Shown one piece after another: positions 8,312 through 17,698 of a stretch of 27,890 bases of DNA (position 1 is the first letter of the stretch; each line of letters begins with the position of its first letter). A program made the position numbers and the translations under genes. Source of the DNA: Candidatus Hermodarchaeota archaeon (GTDB lineage Archaea; Asgardarchaeota; Hermodarchaeia; Hermodarchaeales; Hermodarchaeaceae). The stretch covers positions 1 to 27,890 of the forward strand of contig JAEOUH010000088.1 of NCBI GenBank assembly GCA_016839365.1. Reading direction: 5' to 3'. Under the pieces are notes generated by a model. The model saw only the letters and a list, made by a program, of their open reading frames with translations. It was not told where the DNA came from and ran no database searches.

Positions 8312-9268
8312 ATGCCTCCTCGTGACGTCCATAACGATAGCCCTGATGTCTCCGTTCACGTGCAACGAGTGGGAGTTACGGGAATTCGTGTTCCGATTCA
8401 ATTCATTTTCTTTGAGGAACAACCAGCTATTGTTGTACCTACCTTTGATGTCTTCGTTGATTTACCTGGCTTCCAAAAAGGTATTCATCCCTCTCGAAAC
8501 ATCGAAGGTACAGTCGAAATCGTGAGCCAACACGCCCATAAGCTTCATTGGCTCGAAGACCTTTGTGCCGATATTGCCCGAGAACAATTGATCCGACACG
8601 AGTATGCCCAAGAAGCCGAGGTTCGCGCTTCAGCTGATGTCGTGTTTGCACGAACTACCCCTCAGACAAATATCGAAACGTACGAGTCTTGTACAATGAA
8701 GGCTAGAGCAATTGCACGAAGAAATGAAGAAAAGACAATCAGTATCCGGAAATGGATTGGTGTCACCGTTTCCGGAATCGCCGCATGTCCCTGTGCCCAA
8801 GAAATGCTGCGCGATGATGCAGCAGTAGAACTGAGAAAGAAATTTACCATCACTGAAACCGAAGCCAAACAAATCGCCAAATCGCTACCCATTGGAACTC
8901 ACATGCAACGGAGTTATGGTTCTGTCATGGTGGAAATTCCTCCAAAGATTAAGATCAATGCTTTGCAACTTGTGGATATCGTAGAGCAGTCAATGAGCGC
9001 CAGTACCTTTGAGCTATTGAAACGCCCAGATGAGACCCAGGTAGTTCAAACCGCTTTGGATAATCCAAAATTTGTAGAAGACGCCATCCGCCAAATGATA
9101 AAACGGGTCGTTGAGGCGTTCCCCAAACTCCCCGATGACATGGAGTTATCATTTGAACAACGAAATGAGGAATGCATTCACAGGCACGATCTTGTTGCAC
9201 AGGAGACCCTCACCATGGGAGAAGCAAGAAAGCAAATCCAACAGGGCAACAACAATAGCATAGCCTAG
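8312..9268 (+). CDS. mptA: GTP cyclohydrolase IV (FolE2/MptA family)
   Basis: RVGVTG, KGIHPSRN, ACPCA, THMQRS, ELLKRPDE, NPKFVEDAIR, EECIHRHD. Confidence 0.92.
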   Translation: MPPRDVHNDSPDVSVHVQRVGVTGIRVPIQFIFFEEQPAIVVPTFDVFVDLPGFQKGIHPSRNIEGTVEIVSQHAHKLHWLEDLCADIAREQLIRHEYAQEAEVRASADVVFARTTPQTNIETYESCTMKARAIARRNEEKTISIRKWIGVTVSGIAACPCAQEMLRDDAAVELRKKFTITETEAKQIAKSLPIGTHMQRSYGSVMVEIPPKIKINALQLVDIVEQSMSASTFELLKRPDETQVVQTALDNPKFVEDAIRQMIKRVVEAFPKLPDDMELSFEQRNEECIHRHDLVAQETLTMGEARKQIQQGNNNSIA

Positions 9269-9303
9269 AGAACAACTTTTTTGGCTCAGCAAAGTATCAA
9301 GAC

Positions 9304-10101
9304 GTGGTGTTGGACTTGAGCCCCATCAATCTGAAAGAGTGGTGGCCACGTTATGGAGCCATCGTCGAACAATTCGGTTACACGATGAAGACCGACCAAG
9401 AGGCTGCTGACCTCCTTAGCGGATATATCAAGAACGCTGCCATGCCTCTATCCGATGCACAGTTAAAAGTGGAAGGCAAAAACGCTATAGCCTGTGGAGC
9501 AGGTCCATCAATCCCTGAGAATTTGATTAAGATAAAGGATTATGGATTGCTAGACGATGTGGTTATCTTTGCCGCTGATGGAGCCACCACTGCTTGTATG
9601 GAGCAAGACATCATACCTGATTTTATCCTAACAGATTTAGACGGCAACATGGAAGATATAATTTCGGCACAAAAACAGGGGGCCATCGTAGTCGTCCATG
9701 CACACGGTGATAACATACCCGCATTAGAGACATGGATTACTCGTCTCCTGGAAGGGCGTGCCATGATTGGATCCACTCAGATTCGGCCACGCCCTGATGT
9801 CTATAACCTGGGCGGATTCACTGACGGAGATCGTTGCGTCTTCTGGGCAGAAGGGCTCAGAGCCGCGAAAATCGCGTTAATTGGAATGGATTTTGGAAAC
9901 ATGATTGGTCGGTACTCCAAACCCGATTTGCACCATGATGTGATGGCCAGTCCAGTGAAACGGCAAAAGCTATTGGTTGCCAAAGAGTTATTATCTTGGT
10001 TGGCAACCTGGAGTGAAAGTACCCTGTTCAATCTCACCGGAATCTTTTCAACCATCCCTGGAATTCCGTACAGAGAAATCCCAGCATTCGCATGGGAATA
10101 G
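9304..10101 (+). CDS. mptE: 6-hydroxymethyl-7,8-dihydropterin pyrophosphokinase (DUF115)
   Basis: GAGPS, AADGAT, TDLDG, VHAHGDN, GGFTDGDR, IGMDFG, KRQKL. Confidence 0.92.
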   Translation: MVLDLSPINLKEWWPRYGAIVEQFGYTMKTDQEAADLLSGYIKNAAMPLSDAQLKVEGKNAIACGAGPSIPENLIKIKDYGLLDDVVIFAADGATTACMEQDIIPDFILTDLDGNMEDIISAQKQGAIVVVHAHGDNIPALETWITRLLEGRAMIGSTQIRPRPDVYNLGGFTDGDRCVFWAEGLRAAKIALIGMDFGNMIGRYSKPDLHHDVMASPVKRQKLLVAKELLSWLATWSESTLFNLTGIFSTIPGIPYREIPAFAWE

Positions 10102-10133
10102 CAGGTTCCAGCAACCTGGGAGGACAATGGGCA

Positions 10134-11732
10134 ATGAAGATATTGTTAGTTACCGGAATATTGGCGGCCCCGCAACTACGTCAAATCCTTGACGAAAACC
10201 CAACCCCGCATACATTTGATATCTTGGAGTTACCCCTGGCTGTTGCCGCATTCCTTCATCCAAAGTATGTGTTGTCACAAATCAAGCTTCGAGGTCCTTT
10301 GAAAGAGTATAACCTCATTCTATTACCCGGCATGGTTTCTGGAGATACAAGCATTGTTACGGATAGTATCGGCATCCCCACTTTCAAAGGCACCAGGCAT
10401 GCGGCCGATCTCCCGCTCATCTTTGATATTCTCTTTGATGCCAAAAATCAACTATCAACCACTCAGGCAGCAGATCTCGTATTCGCTGATAGGCTTACCA
10501 AGAAAGCCCAATATGATATCGCTCGAGCCGACAAACTTCTGAAAGGCAATATTCCTGAGGGATATCTCACGCTAGGCAGAGGAGCTAATCGGCTCATCAT
10601 TGGGCCTCGCTTACCCATGCGAATCATTGCTGAAATCACTGATGCACCGCTCCGATCCGAAGAGGAGCTGTTGCGCTTAGCCCGTCATTTCGCGACGAGT
10701 GGAGCACACATCATCGACATCGGCATGGTCGCCGAATCACCTAACCCTACCGTTGCCCATGACGTTGTCAAGCTAATGCGGAAACACCTTAATGTTTTTG
10801 TAAGTATTGACTCGACGAAACCAGAAGAAATCGAAGCGGGTCTCGAAGCTGGAGCGCATTTGGTGCTGAGCTTGGACCAGGATAACATGATGGACGTTGG
10901 GAAGAAATACCGGAACCGTGGCATCTTCACAGTTATCCCTGCAGCTCAACAAGGAGCAGAAATCCCCAAATCATTAGAGGAGCGGGTCGAACTACTTTCT
11001 GATAATTTGTCAAATGCTCGGAGTCTCGGTTACAAGAAACTTATTGCCGACCCACTTTGTGACCCATTGATCACACCAGGACTGATGAACGCCCTGCAAG
11101 CTTATGCCCTGTTTGGAAAAAAAGAGCCCAATGTGCCCATGCTGATGGGCATCGGGAATATTACAGAGCTATTGGATGCTGACAGTCCTGGAGTTAACGC
11201 CCTCCTCGCTGGTCTCGCTACTGAACTGGGGGCCTCATTACTCCTCACCACCGAGGTCAGCCCGAAAACCAAAGGTTCAGTCTGGGAAGCCCACCGTGCC
11301 GCGCAGATGATGCACCTTGCTCGGCGCCGACGAGCCCATCCAAAGGACATAGGACTTGACCTACTCTTGCTAAAACCTAAACGCTTCCCCGAACGACCTT
11401 TCAAAAGAGACAAAGGCGTTGAGTATCCAATCACTAATGTCACACAGGAAGCATCTACCCTCCGCCTAGATAGAGCTGGATTCTTCACCTTCCATATCGA
11501 CCGAGAGCGATACTTATTGATTGCTCGCCATTACACTTCAGAAACACGGGAAAGCCCCTCTCTTGAGTTGGAAGGTATGAGCGCCGAACAACTCATCAAT
11601 GCCATCCTGACCCGAAAACTCGTTACCCAGTTTGATCATGCCGCTTACATTGGACGCGAACTTACCCGAGCCGAACTAGCCCTAATAACAGGACGACCAT
11701 ACATCCAAGAAGCTCCGCTATTTGGAAAGTAG
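10134..11732 (+). CDS. Dihydropteroate synthase-like protein (MJ0107-like; pterin-binding TIM barrel with C-terminal DUF4346-like domain)
   Basis: MKILLVTG..A, VAAFLHP, LPGMVSGD, KGTRHAADL, IIAEITDAP, GAHIIDIG, SIDS, GNITELLDADSPGVNALL, TTEVSPK, HAAYIGRELTRAELAL...Y.QE. ATG 10134 is preferred over the track start at 10092. Confidence 0.88.
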   Translation: MKILLVTGILAAPQLRQILDENPTPHTFDILELPLAVAAFLHPKYVLSQIKLRGPLKEYNLILLPGMVSGDTSIVTDSIGIPTFKGTRHAADLPLIFDILFDAKNQLSTTQAADLVFADRLTKKAQYDIARADKLLKGNIPEGYLTLGRGANRLIIGPRLPMRIIAEITDAPLRSEEELLRLARHFATSGAHIIDIGMVAESPNPTVAHDVVKLMRKHLNVFVSIDSTKPEEIEAGLEAGAHLVLSLDQDNMMDVGKKYRNRGIFTVIPAAQQGAEIPKSLEERVELLSDNLSNARSLGYKKLIADPLCDPLITPGLMNALQAYALFGKKEPNVPMLMGIGNITELLDADSPGVNALLAGLATELGASLLLTTEVSPKTKGSVWEAHRAAQMMHLARRRRAHPKDIGLDLLLLKPKRFPERPFKRDKGVEYPITNVTQEASTLRLDRAGFFTFHIDRERYLLIARHYTSETRESPSLELEGMSAEQLINAILTRKLVTQFDHAAYIGRELTRAELALITGRPYIQEAPLFGK

Positions 11733-11780
11733 TTCCTGGGATGACTAATTTTGAGGCCCCGCTTATCGTTCTCTTAAAGC

Positions 11781-11788
11781 TTTTATAG
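11781..11788 (+). promoter_or_regulatory. Putative TATA box for first surface-protein gene
   Basis: TTTTATAG. The same (T)TTTATAG occurs on the minus strand at 17597-17603 and 27647-27654 upstream of other genes. Confidence 0.45.
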
Positions 11789-11894
11789 CGTGGTATAATC
11801 ATTCTAACTAATTCAGCTTGCATGCGGTCGTCTCCATCTCTCACTTTTTTGATGGAACGTCTTGATATGATTGAGCTGAAGGAAGGAAACGAAC

Positions 11895-14792
11895 ATGAAA
11901 AATCTAAAAATTCTGAGTTTAGTGTTACTAGCGGTTCTTTGTATTCCCTTATTATCTGCAAATTCCACGCCCACACCTCAGGCTTATTTTGTTATTGAGA
12001 CGGGTATGAGCAAAAGTGTTGATCCAGTGATTCCATCGCCCGAACCTCCACACCGTATTCTACCTATCCGATTATTGGTATATACTGAATTTGTGGATGC
12101 TTTTCCGGGTGGAGAATTTGAGAATGTAATGACAGCCATTAATTCCACGTATGGCACCGATTATTATTGGACCAACCTTTCGTCTTATACCGATCTTGCC
12201 AGCGAACTTCCAAATCATGATGTCCTCATCATTCCTGAACAGGAATTCGCCTATAAAGCGAATATGACGATGGTTGGACAAGCCTGGGATCCCATTTTAT
12301 CCAATTGGGTTCAAGCAGGAGGAATTGTCATCCTCATGGCCTACTGGGAGATGGAAGTGGGTGAACAGGGCATCACCGCCCATATCTATAACGAAACTGG
12401 GCTCATTACGTATTCAGGCGCCATTCCAGCGACATTATCACCGATTTTTCTGGTGAATACTTCTGATGCACTTGCTCGAGGGGTTTCCGGGTCTTGGGCA
12501 GCCCCGGATGGAACAGTTGCTTTTGTTACTACAGAAGGAACCGTCGTTGTTGATGATGGTGCCTTTCCAATTGTGATTCACAAAGTTCTAGGAACGGGAC
12601 ATGTCATCCTATTAGGCGCTGATTTCTTCCTTATAGAACCCAATATGCAAGCATTACTGGCAAATTCCATTCGACTCCACCGGCATGTAGTCTTTGACAA
12701 CTCCCACAGCCAATATGAGAACATTTTTGGAGCATACAGCACCTTCGCTGATGATCTAGTGGCTCAAAATTTCGCAGTTTCGACCTGTAACAACTTTGAT
12801 CCGATTTATATCGACGCATCTGACGTGTTCATCGTTCCCTATTGTGCAACCTCGTTTACCGCTTCAGAAAAGACCTACCTTGAAGACTATGTGATGCAAG
12901 GAGGCGGAACCTTTCTCTTGGGTGATTGGGGAATTTGGGGAAATGAAATTGACGAGTTAACAAACCTTTTTGGATATAAACTTGATACTAGCGGTACAAG
13001 GCTAATAGACACAAATGATAATGAACCTCCAGCAAATGATGTCAGCCAACCTTTCTATTCAGGATCAAACATTCATAACCACTCTCTAACATTAGGTGTT
13101 TCAACCGTTCAGATGTTCTACGGAACCGGATTTACATCCATGCCTACTCACGCATTCAGTGCGATTACTGCGGATCTTGATGGGACAGCCGACTGGCTAA
13201 ATGGTTCTGCTGCAGACGGAGTGACTTGCTATGCTGCCTCAACCCATGGATTAGGACGCATTGTGGTCTCAGGTGATTGCAATTTCATAGAAGATGATAG
13301 CGACTACGATTCTGATTTTACTTTTGACTATTTTGAACACGACCATAGCAGCCTATTAGTCAATACCATTCGTTGGCTATCAGCTGCAGGCATAAAAGAA
13401 CGAACTGTCCTCTTCGATGACTCTCACAGCCCCTATTGGAGCTTCAGTAATTACGTAGATTTCACAAATTATCTGACCTCTAATGGGTACACTGTTCATT
13501 GGATGTCGACGTTCTACTCGAACCTCGTGACTGCTTCCGACATTCTAGTGATTACTGGAGCCTCTGTTCCCTATTCACCAGCTGAAAATGTCACAATACG
13601 AAACTTCGTATCTAACGGCGGTGGATTAGTACTACTAGCAGATTGGACCTTCTTCGGAGATAACCTCCTTCCGGTCGCTAATGAATTTGGGATGAGCCAT
13701 AACAACACTCATGCATATCTTTCGGATTCCGACGATGGATCAGGTGGTGGAAATTCGGCTATCACCTATGAGGGAAGTAATATAGGTGCACACCCCATTA
13801 CTACTGGTGTTCACGAGATTTATGTGGACCGAGGAACCGGCTTGATTAATCTCGGAGGTGGCACTGCCTTAGTGATAACGGATAATGATGGCACCTCCCA
13901 ATGGTACGATGATAGCTCATTGTACTGGCCGGCAGCTTCTGTCCCAGTCTTTGCAGCAAACACCTTTGGTTTGGGTCGAATTGTCTATCTCACAGATATC
14001 AACTTCTTTGACAATGCAGTCTTCGATCGCGAGGATAACAATCTCTTCTTAGTGAATGCGTTCCAATGGCTTGCCGTGAATCGCGCACCGACTGTCACGG
14101 TAACTTCACCTAATGGTGGTGAAGTAATTGAAGGGGCCACAAACAGCATAACTTGGACAGCCCAGGATTCCAACAAGGATTCCATGACATATGACATCCT
14201 CTACAGCATCAATGGTGGCGCCTCTTGGACGCCTATCGCAACCGGCCACACAACAACAAGTATCAACTGGGATGCTAGTAGCGTTCCCGAAAGCATGGAT
14301 GCACTGATTCGCGTGGTGGCCCACGACTACGAACTCTCAGGCCAGGATGACTCGGATGCTATCTTCACTGTTGAGAGTGAAGGCCCTCAAATCAGTAATA
14401 TCCAAACAACTCCAGCAATACCATTGGCGAGTATTCCTGTTATTGTTTCAGCCGATATTATTGACGCAAGTGGCGTCGCTTCGGCAGTCTGCCAAGTGAG
14501 TATCAATAGCGGTTCGACCTGGACCGACTTCACTATGACTGTTAGCTCAGGTTCCACCTATGAAGCAGATATCGGAGCTTATGCTGCTGGAACAACAGTT
14601 GATTATCGCATCGTGGCCACTGATTCGTCGGCTGCCTCGCGCATACGGACATCGGCCGTTTCTAGTTTCTACATCCCAGCATTACCACCAGTTATTCCTG
14701 GCTTTCCGATTGAAGCCATTATCTTAGCGCTTGCGGCGGGCTTGGGCTTCATTCTCCTCGTTCGTCGGCGTCGCCACACGGTGTCCTTCTAA
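11895..14792 (+). CDS. Surface glycoprotein: signal peptide, three DUF4350/GIFT-like (class I GATase-like fold) domains, two Ig-like domains, IPGFP-TM-RRRR C-terminal sorting signal
   Basis: Signal peptide MKNLKILSLVLLAVLCIPLLSA; repeated V(V/L)FD.SH...GG...L.DW...H..T.GV...GLGRIV...D.NF; PTVTVTSPNGGE Ig module; ends IPGFPIEAIILALAAGLGFILLVRRRR; at least 9 N-x-S/T sequons. Confidence 0.85.
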   Translation: MKNLKILSLVLLAVLCIPLLSANSTPTPQAYFVIETGMSKSVDPVIPSPEPPHRILPIRLLVYTEFVDAFPGGEFENVMTAINSTYGTDYYWTNLSSYTDLASELPNHDVLIIPEQEFAYKANMTMVGQAWDPILSNWVQAGGIVILMAYWEMEVGEQGITAHIYNETGLITYSGAIPATLSPIFLVNTSDALARGVSGSWAAPDGTVAFVTTEGTVVVDDGAFPIVIHKVLGTGHVILLGADFFLIEPNMQALLANSIRLHRHVVFDNSHSQYENIFGAYSTFADDLVAQNFAVSTCNNFDPIYIDASDVFIVPYCATSFTASEKTYLEDYVMQGGGTFLLGDWGIWGNEIDELTNLFGYKLDTSGTRLIDTNDNEPPANDVSQPFYSGSNIHNHSLTLGVSTVQMFYGTGFTSMPTHAFSAITADLDGTADWLNGSAADGVTCYAASTHGLGRIVVSGDCNFIEDDSDYDSDFTFDYFEHDHSSLLVNTIRWLSAAGIKERTVLFDDSHSPYWSFSNYVDFTNYLTSNGYTVHWMSTFYSNLVTASDILVITGASVPYSPAENVTIRNFVSNGGGLVLLADWTFFGDNLLPVANEFGMSHNNTHAYLSDSDDGSGGGNSAITYEGSNIGAHPITTGVHEIYVDRGTGLINLGGGTALVITDNDGTSQWYDDSSLYWPAASVPVFAANTFGLGRIVYLTDINFFDNAVFDREDNNLFLVNAFQWLAVNRAPTVTVTSPNGGEVIEGATNSITWTAQDSNKDSMTYDILYSINGGASWTPIATGHTTTSINWDASSVPESMDALIRVVAHDYELSGQDDSDAIFTVESEGPQISNIQTTPAIPLASIPVIVSADIIDASGVASAVCQVSINSGSTWTDFTMTVSSGSTYEADIGAYAAGTTVDYRIVATDSSAASRIRTSAVSSFYIPALPPVIPGFPIEAIILALAAGLGFILLVRRRRHTVSF

Positions 14793-14815
14793 GAGGACAC
14801 CCCCACACCTTTTTT
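14780..14815 (+). terminator. Hairpin over stop codon + C-rich spacer + T6
   Basis: GGTGTCCT-TCTAAG-AGGACACC, then CCCACACC, then TTTTTT. Confidence 0.65.
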
Positions 14816-14889
14816 GGTTAGATTGAAATTCTAACTAATTAACTATTAAGAACTCCACTTTGGAGAAGAAATAATCAAAAGCGGGACGT

Positions 14890-14924
14890 AAAAAAAGAGT
14901 GGAGGTGGAGGAAGGTTCCTCCAC
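14890..14924 (-). terminator. Hairpin + spacer + T7 after the 871-aa gene
   Basis: Minus strand: GTGGAGGAA-CC-TTCCTCCAC, then CTCCACTC, then TTTTTTT. Confidence 0.65.
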
Positions 14925-14932
14925 ATTGGTTT

Positions 14933-17548
14933 CTATTTGCTTGAACTCCGTCGTCGCATGAGTAAGTAGATGACAATGACTACAATGATGATGACGATGA
15001 CCAAGGCCACAATCCACCACCACCATGGAAGACCTGGAATCGGTGGAGGCGTGAAAGGTAAGGGAATAGCTTGAATGTCTGCACTAACTTGTGCAGCGGA
15101 GTAAGTCGTTCCTGCGAGGCCATAGTAGTCGGCATCAAAGAGGAGAGTGAAGTTACCCGCTCCACCGACGAGAATGCTCCAGACGATGTTCTGGCTTCCA
15201 CCTGGTGCAACAAAGAACGGAAGCGTTGCAGGGGTTGAAAGCGTTCCGAGACCAGGAGGAACCGTCACCGTAATTTCGCCCTCAACTGCCCCTGTGAGTC
15301 CAAGGTTTTCAATGAGACATTCGAAGTTAATAGGAAAGCCTGTGGTTGCAGTCACTGGTACGTTAGGAATAAGGACACACCGTGGTGCCATCATGTAGGC
15401 GATTTCATTGATCCAAAGCTCAAAACGATCCTCATAAGTGGAATCGTCTTCATCCAATCCGAAATTATCAATGATATAGCCATTAAGTAAGGTCTTATGG
15501 TCATTGCGTTCGATAATGAATGCTCCGTCAGCAATAGTCGCGGTTTGGTTGCCAGCTAACGCTGTCGCGTTAGAATATACTGTGAATTTTGCCCCATCAG
15601 TGCTATAGGTAAAGGTTGTGTTGAAGTTTGAGATTGTGAACAGATGAGGCATCGTAAAAACATCGTGCGTTGAATCCCAAACGAAGACCTGAGGATTACC
15701 AGAAACGTAGCTTTCAAACGCAACACCAAGCCGATCCCATAAACGATGGGCAGGATCAGCTCCAGAAGTCCAAGTTGAGAGGATGAGTGAGCCACCAGCA
15801 TCTAAATAATTCACAAGATCGTCATAATAAGTGTCGAACCCACCATAGTTGACGTTATCGACGATGACAAAGTCCCAAGAGTACAGGTTGAGTGAATGGT
15901 TGAAGTACTCGTAACGGGGTGAATCGTAGGGTCCTGTCAAGTAAAACTTGATGCCCAGATCATTGAGGGCTCGCGCGACAGGAGTTCGATAGTAGTTGAT
16001 ACTGAAAACTTCATCAGTATAAATCAGTACCCGTGCCAGAGATGAGCTAAGCCAGTTAGCCATGTTGAGAACTGATTGCCTATTATTAGCTGAGCTAAAA
16101 GGCACACCATCTTGGATCCAGTTCATATCCACGACTAGTACTGCACGACCGCTTCCATAAGTACTTGCGGCTACGACAATATTGGGTCCATCATACCAGA
16201 CGCCGGTAGCTGAACCACTGACATTCACTGCTCCATAGTAATCGAGGTAGAAGCTAGAACAACCCTCAGTGATTGGGTGCATGGTAAATGTACTTGTTGT
16301 TAAAGATGTGGCTCCCATGAATGTATCGTTTATGGTTAGTCCAAAGGGACTAAGAAGCATGCTAGTTTGATGATTTTGTGGAGTAAACCATATGGGATCA
16401 GGATAATCGCCAAAAGCTAGAACTGATCCGCCGTTGTTAGCCCAGCTTTGAAATGCCGTTCGATCTCCCGCAGTATAATTGTAATCCGGTACATTGACTA
16501 CCAAAATATCATAGGGATTAAGCCGTGCCAAGGTGAAATTGTCACCGCTGGCTGCAGGATAGAGTTTGTCGACTAAGAATCCATGCGAAACCCATTCATT
16601 GCGCATCTCCGTATATGAACCAGGATAAGCTGAATAGGGAGAATCCCATGGATCAATAGACCGCCGAGGAAGATGAGACAAGTCATAAACGATTCGTCCC
16701 TTGGGTCGTGGACAGAGCCACTCAACCGCATCGATGATCATTTGATGAATACCTGGGAGCGGTTCTGTACTTCCATCCCACCAGAAGTGGACTACACGGC
16801 CACCTTCAACTGATGGATCATAAGCGAGAACGGTAACTTCGTCTTCATTTAGTCCATCATGTGCAACTCTGGTAAAATCGGAGCCATACACAGAGGCCAC
16901 AAGAGCGGTCCAATCCCATTCTGCATAGCCATACGGTGTAAGTGTGTAACTGTCCCCGACTGCGTAGCTCTTTGAAACAGGGTGTCGAGTCGTAACATTG
17001 GCACCATTACCATTATAGGTCCAATATCCAGGATTACCATTGGTTCCTGCGGTTGCTGGGGTCATAATACCCATATAACAAGAGTAAACGGCGAAACTAT
17101 CAAAGCCGAGGAGGGCACCACCTCCAAGCCAGTATTCATAGATTTGGTTGGTGATATTCTCACGCGGTAGATTATCGGGAATTACAAACACATCATAGTG
17201 TGCGGTCAACAGTTGATGATTGTAGATATCGTTCGTACTGAGCATTGTTGTTTGGTATCCAGCAGCTTGAAGGATAGATGCAATCTGACTGGACGAATTA
17301 GTATTAACTGATCCAATGCCTCCTTCATAAGAAGGAGAGGTAGTGTTGGGTTCATTGTATATCGCAACACGAATCGCATCCGGTGGAATTGTTACCGCCA
17401 AGGGTTCTGTAAAAAAGCTTGGATCTACAGCTGGTCCGGAAGAAGCCTCAGCAGGGGTCGATGTTGGAATGTAGATTACAGGCGCGATGAACATTGGAAA
17501 AAATAGAAACACAAGTAGCACTACTGATATGAGCCTAGAATTTCTCAT
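14933..17548 (-). CDS. Surface glycoprotein, paralogous DUF4350/GIFT-like domains + Ig-like domain + IPGLP-TM-RRR signal
   Basis: Signal peptide; IVYDLSH, GGSVLAFGD, HPITEG, GSGRAVLVVDMNW; ends PPPIPGLPWWWWIVALVIVIIIVVIVIYLLMRRRSSSK; at least 12 sequons. Confidence 0.85.
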   Translation of the reverse strand: MRNSRLISVVLLVFLFFPMFIAPVIYIPTSTPAEASSGPAVDPSFFTEPLAVTIPPDAIRVAIYNEPNTTSPSYEGGIGSVNTNSSSQIASILQAAGYQTTMLSTNDIYNHQLLTAHYDVFVIPDNLPRENITNQIYEYWLGGGALLGFDSFAVYSCYMGIMTPATAGTNGNPGYWTYNGNGANVTTRHPVSKSYAVGDSYTLTPYGYAEWDWTALVASVYGSDFTRVAHDGLNEDEVTVLAYDPSVEGGRVVHFWWDGSTEPLPGIHQMIIDAVEWLCPRPKGRIVYDLSHLPRRSIDPWDSPYSAYPGSYTEMRNEWVSHGFLVDKLYPAASGDNFTLARLNPYDILVVNVPDYNYTAGDRTAFQSWANNGGSVLAFGDYPDPIWFTPQNHQTSMLLSPFGLTINDTFMGATSLTTSTFTMHPITEGCSSFYLDYYGAVNVSGSATGVWYDGPNIVVAASTYGSGRAVLVVDMNWIQDGVPFSSANNRQSVLNMANWLSSSLARVLIYTDEVFSINYYRTPVARALNDLGIKFYLTGPYDSPRYEYFNHSLNLYSWDFVIVDNVNYGGFDTYYDDLVNYLDAGGSLILSTWTSGADPAHRLWDRLGVAFESYVSGNPQVFVWDSTHDVFTMPHLFTISNFNTTFTYSTDGAKFTVYSNATALAGNQTATIADGAFIIERNDHKTLLNGYIIDNFGLDEDDSTYEDRFELWINEIAYMMAPRCVLIPNVPVTATTGFPINFECLIENLGLTGAVEGEITVTVPPGLGTLSTPATLPFFVAPGGSQNIVWSILVGGAGNFTLLFDADYYGLAGTTYSAAQVSADIQAIPLPFTPPPIPGLPWWWWIVALVIVIIIVVIVIYLLMRRRSSSK

Positions 17549-17662
17549 AACAGAATACTTCCAAAATTTGGATTAAAGAGCTATTAGGATTCTAGGCTAT
17601 AAACGCACCGTTCAGCTTCTACATGCCGTCTATAAATTGAACTTACAGTCACTCGAACGGCT

Positions 17663-17698
17663 AAAAAAGGGAGGAAGGGAAGCGGTGTTACCGCTTCC
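17663..17698 (-). terminator. Hairpin over stop codon + spacer + T6 after LVIVD gene
   Basis: Minus strand: GGAAGCGGT-AAC-ACCGCTTCC, then CTTCCTCCC, then TTTTTT. Confidence 0.65.

Larger units (their letters stand above)
11801..14840 (+). repeat. 13-bp direct repeat ATTCTAACTAATT flanking the 965-aa surface protein gene
   Basis: Identical copies at 11801-11813 and 14828-14840. Confidence 0.6.

Noticed and set aside
10092-10133. Longer N-terminus for the DHPS-like gene
   Set aside because: It overlaps mptE; the family begins at MKILLVTG (ATG 10134).
11733-11894. SECIS element or tRNA in the structured intergenic region
   Set aside because: No in-frame TGA in neighbouring genes, no clear AUGA/GA quartet, and no cloverleaf or T-loop consensus.
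17560-17660. Short inverted repeats TCCAAA-A-TTTGGA and CCGTTC...GAACGG upstream of the 871-aa gene
   Set aside because: The 6-bp arms are too short to separate from chance without comparative data.
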